A DNA stretch of 64,000 nt from an uncultured Prevotella sp. (GCA_905233165.1 CAJODL010000001.1:563927-627926); one strand, 5' to 3'; counted from the stretch's first letter, positions 44,244-52,110 are shown. Translations and numbers: made by a program. The notes: generated by a model not told the origin, from the sequence alone.

Positions 44244-46742
44244 ATGGAAAGAGTATATAGTTATATAGACGGTGTGACGGATACGAAACCCAAGCCGTTG
44301 ACAAGGGAGAAATTCCATGAACTCTGCAAAGCACCACGCACAAGGAAACTTGTGCGTGACTTCCAACAGGGTAACGGGGAGGCAAAGAAAAAACTGCCTG
44401 CTGCCATGTTTCTCGGATTTCAAACACAGGGTGACCGCATACAGGAACATATGGAGCCTACGCAACTTTACCTAATTGATATCGACCATATCAGTAACAA
44501 GAACGAGGACATGACCCCTGAAATGGTATGGGAGAAGATAAGACAGGAGATGGAGGTGGCGCAATATGACTTCATGGTAAGACTTGTTCACAAGACTCCA
44601 AGTGGTGATGGGCTGAGAATTGTGCTACATGCTACGGAGAACTTCGAGACTCTGGAAGAACATGCCGAATGGTTGAGAAAGGAACTCGACCTGGACAGAT
44701 ATGGAAAATTTGACTGCCTGAAAAATCTCGACAGGGTGTCGTTCATAATTCCTGAAGAATACATCCTCCTTGAAAGTCCATGTCTGTGGGATGAGACAGA
44801 AGAAGGTGGACCGATAAAGAAGAAAACGAAGGATGAAGGACGAAAGACGAAGGACGATAACCATAACGTTAACGAAAACAACTCTCAACTGTCAACTTTC
44901 AACTCTAAACTGAACGATGACGGGGAACCTATCTTGTGGGAGGGGTATGACATTCAGAAGATTATCGATGACCGATACAGAAGGGGGGTGCCTGGGGCAG
45001 GAAACATATCGAGGCATGATCAGAGCTTGAAACTGGCACGTGACCTTCTTATTATGTTCGACCGCGATAAGAGCCTTGTTCTCAGAATATTGCTTAGGCA
45101 GAGCTGGATAAAGGACATAATTAAGGAACGCAACGAACCTGTTGAAAAAACGATTGAAGCGGCTCTGACTTATGCTAACGGCAAGGATGGTGGAAAGTAT
45201 GCCCTGACATACAGGTATCTGACGCCTGCAACGCAAAACTCTATACTGCATGTAACGGGAAATACATGGAAAGAATGGATAGCAGAACTTGATGCGAAGT
45301 TTGAAGAAACTCTGGAAGAAAGAAACGATAACGAAAACGAAAACCAGGACGAAAACTATGACGAAGACGATGACGAAGAAGATGCTGTTGCGACTATGCC
45401 GCCTGCACCACCTGTGATAAGGGAACTGATATCTATTGCTCCAAAGGATTTCGTGATACCTGCCATCAATGCTCTGATGCCAATACTGGGTACGTTGACA
45501 TCATACGTAAGGGCTGAGGACAAGCAGGATGCGAAAACGATATCTACAACATTCTTCTCCATAATCTATGCTCCGCCATCATCGGGTAAAAGCTTCGTTG
45601 ATAGGTATATCAACTACCTCATGCGTGACCTCTACAGACGAGACGAACTGAATGATGCAAGGGATGAAGTTTATGCAAGGGCTGACCAACAGAAAGGTCA
45701 GAACGTGCATGGAGAGCCACTGCCACTGACTACGATACGCATAATGGAGGCAAAGAGCTCTGAAACAGAGTTTCTGCAGAAACAGAGAAACAACAAGGGG
45801 CATCATATGTTTACGTACTGTTCGGAGATAGACCAGTGGCGCAAAGGTGTAAAGGCTGCAGGTGGTAATAAGGACGACATGATACGCATAGCATGGGACA
45901 ATGGACGATATGGACAGAAATACAAATCAACCATGTCCTTTAAGGGTAAGGTGTTCCTGTACTGGAATGTGCTCATAGCAGGTACCGACGATCAGTTACG
46001 GGCGTATTTTAAGAATGTGACGAACGGACTGGTGACGAGATGCTGCTTTCAGGAGATAAAGAACCAGGAATTTCAGGAAGTCCCCCCAGAATGGAAGACC
46101 TTGAACAAGAAGGAACGGAAGGTTATAGACAATTTTATAGAAAAGTGTGACCGGATGACCTATACAGAGCCTCTTACCTACGACGTGGAGCAATGCTATA
46201 GCGTGGCCGACAAAGACTTTGACGCAGAGGTGCCATGGCGGATGGACTTCAAACCCCTGATAACTGTTAATATCGATTGGATAATGCCCACAATAGCACG
46301 GTTCAACAGAGAGCATTGCAGAAAGGCGATGATGGACAATGATAGAGCTCATGACACTTTTCGCAGACGAGTAGGAACAAGAGCTAAGAGACTGGCATTG
46401 TTATGTACCCAGTTGTATGAAAAATCCATGACACAGGCTGACAAAAAAGCTTGCGCAAAGTGGATAGCATGGTGGATGGAACAGGATATAAAAGGTATAA
46501 TGAGACCATTCGCAAACAAATACAGAAAAGCTATAGAAGAAGATACTCCTGACAATACTCCACGAAAGACTCTGTTTGAACGACTGCCTGAAGAATTTTC
46601 GAAAGAAGACGTAAGAAGAATGGCTGATATCTTGGGATATAAGACGAGTGTTAGAGAAATTACTTTCAGGTGGAAGAAAATAAATATTATAGAGAAAATG
46701 ACAAATGATACTTGGAGGAAAATTACAGAGAAAAAGTCGTAA
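44244..46742 (+). CDS. primase-helicase: VirE_N/BT4734-like N-terminal primase domain plus DUF3987-type P-loop helicase domain
   Basis: N-terminal KKLPAAMFLG.....R....PTQLYLIDIDH pattern. Low-complexity linker. Walker A PPSSGKSF (GKS at 45585-45593). Confidence 0.75.
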   Translation: MERVYSYIDGVTDTKPKPLTREKFHELCKAPRTRKLVRDFQQGNGEAKKKLPAAMFLGFQTQGDRIQEHMEPTQLYLIDIDHISNKNEDMTPEMVWEKIRQEMEVAQYDFMVRLVHKTPSGDGLRIVLHATENFETLEEHAEWLRKELDLDRYGKFDCLKNLDRVSFIIPEEYILLESPCLWDETEEGGPIKKKTKDEGRKTKDDNHNVNENNSQLSTFNSKLNDDGEPILWEGYDIQKIIDDRYRRGVPGAGNISRHDQSLKLARDLLIMFDRDKSLVLRILLRQSWIKDIIKERNEPVEKTIEAALTYANGKDGGKYALTYRYLTPATQNSILHVTGNTWKEWIAELDAKFEETLEERNDNENENQDENYDEDDDEEDAVATMPPAPPVIRELISIAPKDFVIPAINALMPILGTLTSYVRAEDKQDAKTISTTFFSIIYAPPSSGKSFVDRYINYLMRDLYRRDELNDARDEVYARADQQKGQNVHGEPLPLTTIRIMEAKSSETEFLQKQRNNKGHHMFTYCSEIDQWRKGVKAAGGNKDDMIRIAWDNGRYGQKYKSTMSFKGKVFLYWNVLIAGTDDQLRAYFKNVTNGLVTRCCFQEIKNQEFQEVPPEWKTLNKKERKVIDNFIEKCDRMTYTEPLTYDVEQCYSVADKDFDAEVPWRMDFKPLITVNIDWIMPTIARFNREHCRKAMMDNDRAHDTFRRRVGTRAKRLALLCTQLYEKSMTQADKKACAKWIAWWMEQDIKGIMRPFANKYRKAIEEDTPDNTPRKTLFERLPEEFSKEDVRRMADILGYKTSVREITFRWKKINIIEKMTNDTWRKITEKKS
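44826..44916. repeat. 13-heptad tract inside the primase-helicase CDS (acgaagg-type words switching to ctNtcaa-type words)
   Basis: acgaagg atgaagg acgaaag acgaagg acgataa ccataac gttaacg aaaacaa ctctcaa ctgtcaa ctttcaa ctctaaa ctgaacg. Confidence 0.85.
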
Positions 46743-46762
46743 AAGTCGTTTTTGTCGTTTTA
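46736..46762 (+). repeat. third copy of the 9-mer array (GTCGTAAAA, GTCGTTTTT, GTCGTTTTA)
   Basis: 27 bp identical to 36650-36676. Overlaps the primase-helicase stop codon (46740-46742). Confidence 0.9.
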
Positions 46763-46796
46763 TCAAAAATTGTTTTACATTAAATAATAAGTAAAG

Positions 46797-47288
46797 ATGG
46801 GAATACAAAAGAGCAGATATGCAAGTTATAAAGAAACGCCAGCCTATCGTAACAGGAATCCGTTGAACATACGATGGTCGGCAAAGAATAAGTGGCAGGG
46901 CCAGACAGGATGTGACACAAGAGGTTTTGCCAAGTTTGAGAGCCTGAGCTACGGCTATCGTGCAGCAGTGAAGATACTGCATCGGTACAAGACAAACGGA
47001 TGGAAGACCATAGCGGAGGTGATACGCCATTGGGCACCATCTACAGAGAATTCCACCGAGAGTTATATAAAAACCGTGTGTAACCTGATGGCACAACGGC
47101 AGAGTGAGTTGGGAACAATAACCCCACAGACACAGGTGGACTTGAGAAACAGAAATCTTGTGATAAACCTTCTCTTAATGATGACCAAGGTGGAGACGGG
47201 ATGGAGTACAACGGCAGTATTGTCAATGAGGGAGTATATCGGGATGGGTTACGACCTCGCCGCAACAAGTCCGGAGTTTTTTAAATAA
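46797..47288 (+). CDS. phage-associated conserved hypothetical protein (163 aa)
   Basis: NPLNIRWS..NKWQG....GFAKFESLSYGYRAAVKIL..Y...GWKTIAEVIRHWAPSTENSTESYIKTV. The pattern is recalled from phage proteins, but function is not established. Confidence 0.5.
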   Translation: MGIQKSRYASYKETPAYRNRNPLNIRWSAKNKWQGQTGCDTRGFAKFESLSYGYRAAVKILHRYKTNGWKTIAEVIRHWAPSTENSTESYIKTVCNLMAQRQSELGTITPQTQVDLRNRNLVINLLLMMTKVETGWSTTAVLSMREYIGMGYDLAATSPEFFK

Positions 47289-47296
47289 CAAAACAG

Positions 47297-47330
47297 AGGC
47301 TGCATTTGGTTGCAGCCTTTGATTTATTTA
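47297..47330 (+). terminator. rho-independent terminator
   Basis: Stem aggctgca (47297-47304) pairs with tgcagcct (47311-47318), then a T-rich tail. The stem core is the same as in the IR hairpins. Confidence 0.55.
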
Positions 47331-47364
47331 ATTGTAAAAGATAAAAGTTAATAGTTTTTAGTTT

Positions 47365-47484
47365 ATGAACGATAAGAAAAATATTTGGCAGGTGTTGGCG
47401 AAGGTGATAGTAGCCGCACTGACAGCAGCGCTCACAGCTGTTACAACAACGTCATGTATGGGATTTGGACCTATGTTAAGTTGA
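47365..47484 (+). CDS. 39-aa small membrane/lipoprotein-like peptide ('smalltalk'-like, from recall); below the ORF-track cutoff
   Basis: ATG 47365 encodes MNDKKNIWQVLAKVIVAALTAALTAVTTTSCMGFGPMLS, then a stop. Confidence 0.5.
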   Translation: MNDKKNIWQVLAKVIVAALTAALTAVTTTSCMGFGPMLS

Positions 47485-47530
47485 GAGTTTAGAGTTTAGA
47501 GTTGAGAGTCAGTTTAAAAGTTTATAGTTT
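47479..47530. repeat. heptad tract (gagttta/gagttga/gtttata) filling the spacer before the DUF5675 gene
   Basis: About 7 in-register 7-mers. Confidence 0.8.
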
Positions 47531-47992
47531 ATGGAACTAATTTTAAAAAGAATAGCAAAACGTAAAGGTTATACAATAGGAATACTCTACCTCTCCCCCT
47601 TGGGGGAGTCGGAGAGGGGTTATCTTTGCGACACTCTTGAGCCGCCGTGTATTGAGATGAAGGTGGACAGGACAGTTGAGGAGGTGCTGAATGATAAGAG
47701 TCTCCTGAAGTCTATCAAGCCGTGTGCGATACCGGAAGGGGAATACAGGGTCAGTATGACATACAGCCCAAGGTATAAAACGCAGCTGCCGTTGATAACG
47801 GGTGACAGCCGCTTTAACAGCCTCTGGCAAGGCATCCGCATCCACGCCGGCAACACCGCAAAGGATACACAAGGTTGCATCCTGGTAGGAGAAAACCAAA
47901 TCGTAGGAATGGTGATAAATTCGCGTATCACCTTGAAGACCCTCCTGACTTTCCTTAAAGGGAGGGATGTAAAGTTGAGAGTGAAAAGTTAA
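47531..47992 (+). CDS. DUF5675-family protein
   Basis: GYLCDTLEP...IPEGEY.V.....SPRY...LPLI......GIRIHAGNTAKDTQGCILVGEN matches the recalled DUF5675 pattern. Confidence 0.65.
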   Translation: MELILKRIAKRKGYTIGILYLSPLGESERGYLCDTLEPPCIEMKVDRTVEEVLNDKSLLKSIKPCAIPEGEYRVSMTYSPRYKTQLPLITGDSRFNSLWQGIRIHAGNTAKDTQGCILVGENQIVGMVINSRITLKTLLTFLKGRDVKLRVKS

Positions 47993-47995
47993 TTG

Positions 47996-48033
47996 CGTAG
48001 GCTGCACATTTGCAGCCTACGTTTATTTTTGGG
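47996..48033 (+). terminator. rho-independent terminator after the DUF5675 gene (inside the right IR)
   Basis: 11-bp stem, 4-nt loop, then tttattttt. Confidence 0.7.
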
Positions 48034-48071
48034 GCTTTAAAATTGGGGCTTTAAAATTGGGGCAAGCGGTA
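47996..48071. repeat. right copy of the 76-bp perfect inverted repeat
   Basis: Exact reverse complement of 35247-35322. Confidence 0.95.
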
Positions 48072-48134
48072 GCTTTGCGAAAATAGCTTATATATAAAAT
48101 AAAAAAGGTCAGCATATTTTGCTGGCCTTTTATG

Positions 48135-48205
48135 TTGTCCTAGGCGGATTCGAACCACCACAAACAGAACCAAAACCTGTTGTGCTACCATTACACCATA
48201 GGACA
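48135..48205 (-). tRNA. tRNA-Gln (anticodon UUG)
   Basis: Folded by hand: acceptor TGTCCTA/TAGGACA, D arm GTGT/GCAC, anticodon stem ACAGG/TCTGT with loop TTTTGGT, T arm GGTGG-TTCGAAT-CCGCC. 71 nt; CCA is not encoded. Confidence 0.9.
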
Positions 48206-48237
48206 ATCCAAAATAGACAATTTTTGAAATTGCGCTG

Positions 48238-48245
48238 CAAAGGTA
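48238..48245 (-). promoter_or_regulatory. -7 box (TAccTTTG, minus strand) for tRNA-Gln
   Basis: caaaggta on the plus strand, 33 nt upstream of the tRNA 5' end. Confidence 0.4.
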
Positions 48246-48317
48246 CGAAAAAAAAACGAAAACCAAAACGAAAACGAAAACTTTTTTTATTTTTGTTCGT
48301 TTTTCGACCTTTAACCG

Positions 48318-50078
48318 TTACTTCTTTCCTCCGAATCGGTATGTCATACCTACTGTGAGGGCGCGGTTGTTGTATGTCTCAAACATTTGTGCTCTACTCA
48401 TTGTTGGCATGCCTGCGAGGTCATGGAAGTCGGCAAAGACATTGATGTGGCGACCAAAGTCTTTGTTTACCTTTATTGAAGAATAGAGGTGTGGATGTAT
48501 GTCATAGAGCTTCTGACGACTGGTATAGAGCAGTACAGAAGATACTCTGAATCCCTTGCCTAACAGGAGTGTTGGTGCGAATTTCAGGGTATAGTAGTTT
48601 TGGGTATGGCTACTTTCTGTTGGGGTAGAGTTGATGTGGAGATGGTAGTAGTTGACACCTGCTGTGAGTCTCAATGGTCCCTTGTTCCATGTAGCGGATG
48701 TCCTGATGCCTGTTGTCTGCTCACTTGGTCCGGGCAGGTCGTTCATCCATGTGTGGAGTACGTTGCCAAAGAATACGAAATTCTTGTTCTGGTACGTATA
48801 ACGTGCTTCTGTACGCCAAACGAGGTTTGTCTTGTAGCTGGTGTTATATACTCCCTTGCCATTTACGATGTCTCCAAAGAAGTCAGACTCTACGATAGGG
48901 ATGAAGTGGTCACGGTCGAAGGCTGCCTGTATGAAGTGTCCGTTGGTCTTATAGCCTGCAGATGCTACGAATCCGTGGTTGTTACGATTGTGGGACCACA
49001 GGCCGTTGTCTGTAGGAATAGCCAGACGGTTCCAGTAGTTCATGTGTCTGAAACGGTCACCCAGAGTGAATATCCATGGACCATGAGAGTAGTCGAACTG
49101 CAGGTATATGTTGTTGAGCATGAACTGCTCACGTCCAGCGCCTCTGTACCATGTGTTGTCGTAGTCAATCTCCCAACCCAGCATTATCCAGAGGTCGTTA
49201 TTAAGGACAGGGTAGTTAATCTCAGTGAAGAAATAAGGGTCAGTCTCTCTGGTAGCATTTGTATTGCTGCCGAAAATTTTATCAATGTTAGAGCTGGTAC
49301 TTAGGTAGTCTGCTCCACCTTCAACTATCCACAATGCTCCGTTTTCGTTGACAGTGCGCTCGTATGTTATAACCATGTCGCCGTAACGGTTTATCATAGG
49401 AGAGACCAAAGTGGTGTTCGTGATTTCTGATACTTTCTCCTTGTAGTCGGTAAACTGCTGATAGAGCTTAATCTTGAGGTTGTCGTTTTTGCTTATGTTC
49501 CAGTCAATGAGAAGGTGTGCTGCCTCTGAAGTGCTGCGTGATTTGAAAGTGCCGCCATCAGTAGGATATCCTTTTGTATATTGCTGATTGGTCATGGCAT
49601 ATCCTGTCAGGGTAAGGTTTGGTGACACTTTTGACGTGATGTCTGTATAGAGTTTGCCGTTACCGTATGTGCTGCCCTCAACTGCCACCTTGCCCGAGGT
49701 GCCCTCCTGTGGCTTGTAGTAGATATCGATGACGCCACCGCCGCCATTGACACCCTTTGCTGCAGAGGTCCAGTTACAAATCTGCACATACTTCAGCTCG
49801 CTCGCCTTGATGTTTTCAAGGGCGGTTTCCCAGTCAACGGAAAGGTGGGTGTTGTTGATACGCAGTCTGTAGCCGTTGGTGATGTTCTTACCATCATAGG
49901 AAATTAACTCCGGACAGAGATGCAGAACATCCAATAAGGTCATCTCGCTGTCAGGATTGAGGGCTTCTACGTGGATAACGTAACGATCGCCTCTGTGTTC
50001 AATAATGTCGTCTGCCGAAACGGTCAGATTGCCCAATAAGAATAGGGCGCTAAAAAATGCTAATTTTAATGTTTTCAT
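48318..50078 (-). CDS. outer-membrane beta-barrel protein (small TonB-dependent-receptor-like, plug plus barrel)
   Basis: Signal peptide, plug-like LLDVLHLCPEL...GGGGVIDIYYK, then a long beta-rich region ending ...LTVGMTYRFGGKK. Confidence 0.7.
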   Translation of the reverse strand: MKTLKLAFFSALFLLGNLTVSADDIIEHRGDRYVIHVEALNPDSEMTLLDVLHLCPELISYDGKNITNGYRLRINNTHLSVDWETALENIKASELKYVQICNWTSAAKGVNGGGGVIDIYYKPQEGTSGKVAVEGSTYGNGKLYTDITSKVSPNLTLTGYAMTNQQYTKGYPTDGGTFKSRSTSEAAHLLIDWNISKNDNLKIKLYQQFTDYKEKVSEITNTTLVSPMINRYGDMVITYERTVNENGALWIVEGGADYLSTSSNIDKIFGSNTNATRETDPYFFTEINYPVLNNDLWIMLGWEIDYDNTWYRGAGREQFMLNNIYLQFDYSHGPWIFTLGDRFRHMNYWNRLAIPTDNGLWSHNRNNHGFVASAGYKTNGHFIQAAFDRDHFIPIVESDFFGDIVNGKGVYNTSYKTNLVWRTEARYTYQNKNFVFFGNVLHTWMNDLPGPSEQTTGIRTSATWNKGPLRLTAGVNYYHLHINSTPTESSHTQNYYTLKFAPTLLLGKGFRVSSVLLYTSRQKLYDIHPHLYSSIKVNKDFGRHINVFADFHDLAGMPTMSRAQMFETYNNRALTVGMTYRFGGKK

Positions 50079-50100
50079 AATAAATTTGGTAAATGTGGCG

Positions 50101-50108
50101 CAAAATTA
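50101..50108 (-). promoter_or_regulatory. -7 box (TAatTTTG, minus strand) for the OMP gene
   Basis: caaaatta on the plus strand, 23 nt upstream of the start at 50078. Confidence 0.4.
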
Positions 50109-50121
50109 CAAAAAAATTATG

Positions 50122-50129
50122 TAAATTTG
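50122..50129 (+). promoter_or_regulatory. -7 box (TAaaTTTG) for nhaC
   Basis: taaatttg lies 20 nt upstream of ATG 50149. Back-to-back with the divergent OMP promoter. Confidence 0.45.
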
Positions 50130-50148
50130 CGCACAAATTGTGTAAAAA

Positions 50149-51597
50149 ATGGAAAATAAAGAGAAAAAAGCGCCAAATCCGCTGATTTCGGCCCTGCCGT
50201 TATTGACACTTATCTCATTAATTGTACTTATTCTGGTTTATTTGCCAGACGATGCCCTTAGTGGTGCCAGTCAGTTGGCATTGATATTTGCAACAGCTGT
50301 CTGTGTGGGTATCTCTATGATAGTATATAAGGTATCGTGGTCATCCTTTGAGATGTCTATTCAGGCCACTGTCGGTGATGCTGCCGTCTCTGTCATTATC
50401 CTTTTGATGATAGGCATGATGTCGAGTACCTGGATGATAAGCGGTGTTGTCCCCACCTTAATATATTATGGTGTGCAGCTAATGTCTCCTGCTGTCTTCC
50501 TGCCTTGTGCCTGTATCATTTCGTCACTTATCTCTGTAATGACGGGCACCTCATGGACCACCATCGCCACGATAGGTATTGCCCTGCTCGGTATCGGCGA
50601 TGCCCTCGGCGTACCTTCTGCCCTTAGTGCCGGTGCCATAATCTCCGGTGCATATTTCGGTGATAAGATGTCCCCGATGTCTGATACCACAGTCTTGGCA
50701 TCGTCAATGGCGAAGGCCGACCTGTTCTCGCACATCCGATATATGATGTACACCACAGTGCCGAGTATCACTATTTCGTTGATAATATACCTCATTATCG
50801 GACTGCAGTTTGGTGGTAAGGATGTGGAGATAACACAATATACCACAGCCCTTGACGGCACTTTTGATATCTCGCTGTGGACGATGTTAGTGCCAGTATT
50901 TACGGGCTTCCTAATTTACAAAAAAGTGCCATCACTTATTACCCTTGTCCTGTCATCATTTGCTGCATGTCTCTGTGCAGTGATTCTTCAGACAGAGGTG
51001 GTGTCAGGCATAGGTAGCGAGGGCGCTGTAACAGCAGCAAGCATCATGCAGGGTATCATGAAGGTATGCTTTACCTCGACCCATGTAGATACTGGTTATG
51101 ACTCTATCAACAGCCTTGTTGCCACACGCGGTATGGCGGGTATGATGGATACTATATGGCTCATACTGTGTGCCTTCTGCTTTGGTGCCTGTATGGTGGT
51201 CAGCAGAATGCTCGAAAGCCTGACGACAATATTGCTGCGTGCTGTTCACAATACTGTGAGTCTCGTTTCCGCTACAGTTGTTTCTGGCGTACTGCTCAAT
51301 ATGATAATGGGTGACCAGTTCCTCTCTATCATCATGAATGCCTCCATCTTCCGAAAGGAATACGAGAATCGTGGCTATCGACCAGAGCTGCTAAGCCGCA
51401 GTACAGAAGATTCCTCTACTGTGACATCGGTCCTCGTACCTTGGACAGCATGTGGTATGACACAAAGTACGGTGCTGGGCATTCCGACAATAGTATATCT
51501 GCCTTTCTGCTTTTTCAACATCATAAGTCCTATTATGAGTTGTTTAGTGGCAGCTTTGGGCTTCGTTCCTACCCCAAAACAACAAAAAGAAGAATAG
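50149..51597 (+). CDS. nhaC: Na+/H+ antiporter NhaC family
   Basis: 482 aa, about 12 TM, with family-typical blocks (GAYFGDKMSPMSDTT, VPWTACG). Confidence 0.8.
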   Translation: MENKEKKAPNPLISALPLLTLISLIVLILVYLPDDALSGASQLALIFATAVCVGISMIVYKVSWSSFEMSIQATVGDAAVSVIILLMIGMMSSTWMISGVVPTLIYYGVQLMSPAVFLPCACIISSLISVMTGTSWTTIATIGIALLGIGDALGVPSALSAGAIISGAYFGDKMSPMSDTTVLASSMAKADLFSHIRYMMYTTVPSITISLIIYLIIGLQFGGKDVEITQYTTALDGTFDISLWTMLVPVFTGFLIYKKVPSLITLVLSSFAACLCAVILQTEVVSGIGSEGAVTAASIMQGIMKVCFTSTHVDTGYDSINSLVATRGMAGMMDTIWLILCAFCFGACMVVSRMLESLTTILLRAVHNTVSLVSATVVSGVLLNMIMGDQFLSIIMNASIFRKEYENRGYRPELLSRSTEDSSTVTSVLVPWTACGMTQSTVLGIPTIVYLPFCFFNIISPIMSCLVAALGFVPTPKQQKEE

Positions 51598-51634
51598 AAT
51601 TTCCAGCCTTTTTGCATAAATAGAAAATTTTTTG

Positions 51635-51642
51635 TATATTTG
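51635..51642 (+). promoter_or_regulatory. -7 box (TAtaTTTG) for rsfS-ftsH
   Basis: tatatttg lies 25 nt upstream of ATG 51667. Confidence 0.45.
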
Positions 51643-51666
51643 CAGCCAAAAAATATATAATAGCAA

Positions 51667-52029
51667 ATGACAGAACAGATACAGAAACTAACAGAAACAG
51701 CCGTAAAGGCCATAAAGGATAAGAAGGGTAAAGGCATCAGAGTCATCGACATGCAGGGCATGGATGGTGTCATCTGTCAGGCCTTCGTAATATGTCAGGG
51801 TGGTTCGCCTACCCAGATATCAGCCATTGCCGACAATGTAGAAGAGGTGATGCGCAAGGAACAGGGTGAGAAGCCCCTCAAAATCGCTGGTATGGAGAAT
51901 TGCTACTGGGTAGCAATGGATTATGTTGACATCATCGTACATATCTTCCTTCCAGAGGCACACGACTTCTATGACATCGAGTCACTATGGCAAGATGCGA
52001 AAGTAACGGAAATCCCAGACGAAGAGTAA
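51667..52029 (+). CDS. rsfS: ribosome silencing factor RsfS
   Basis: 120 aa. The pattern ..KKG..I.VIDM......C..FVIC.G.S..Q..AIADNV and WVAMDY.DIIVHIF is typical of RsfS/Iojap. Confidence 0.9.
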   Translation: MTEQIQKLTETAVKAIKDKKGKGIRVIDMQGMDGVICQAFVICQGGSPTQISAIADNVEEVMRKEQGEKPLKIAGMENCYWVAMDYVDIIVHIFLPEAHDFYDIESLWQDAKVTEIPDEE

Positions 52030-52030
52030 A

Positions 52031-52107
52031 GGTCAAAGGTCAAAGGTCAAAGGCTGATTTTCTTAACTCTTAATTCTTAATTCTTAACTCTTAACTCTTA
52101 ACTACAA
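52031..52107. repeat. heptad-built rsfS-ftsH spacer (ggtcaaa x3, ggctgat, tttctta, then actctta/attctta x6, actacaa)
   Basis: Eleven in-register 7-mers occupy essentially the whole spacer (stop at 52027-52029, ATG at 52111). Confidence 0.9.
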
Positions 52108-52110
52108 TAA

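Larger units (their letters stand above)
35247..48071. mobile_element. putative genomic island, possibly a degenerate phage-satellite-like element, bounded by 76-bp perfect inverted repeats next to tRNA-Gln
   Basis: IR copies at 35247-35322 and 47996-48071. Content: HU-like gene, RM-like pair, primase-helicase, DUF5675 and small genes. No integrase or transposase was recognised. Confidence 0.5.

Noticed and set aside
35247-48071. Considered an intact prophage.
   Set aside because: No capsid, portal, terminase, tail or integrase genes were recognised, and the segment is only 12.8 kb. At most it is a satellite-like or remnant element.
35247-48205. Considered a classical tRNA-targeted integrative element with direct att repeats derived from the tRNA-Gln 3' end.
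   Set aside because: I found no copy of the tRNA 3' segment (…ggattcgaaccacc…) at the distal end near 35.3 kb. The boundary repeats are inverted rather than direct, and no integrase gene is present.
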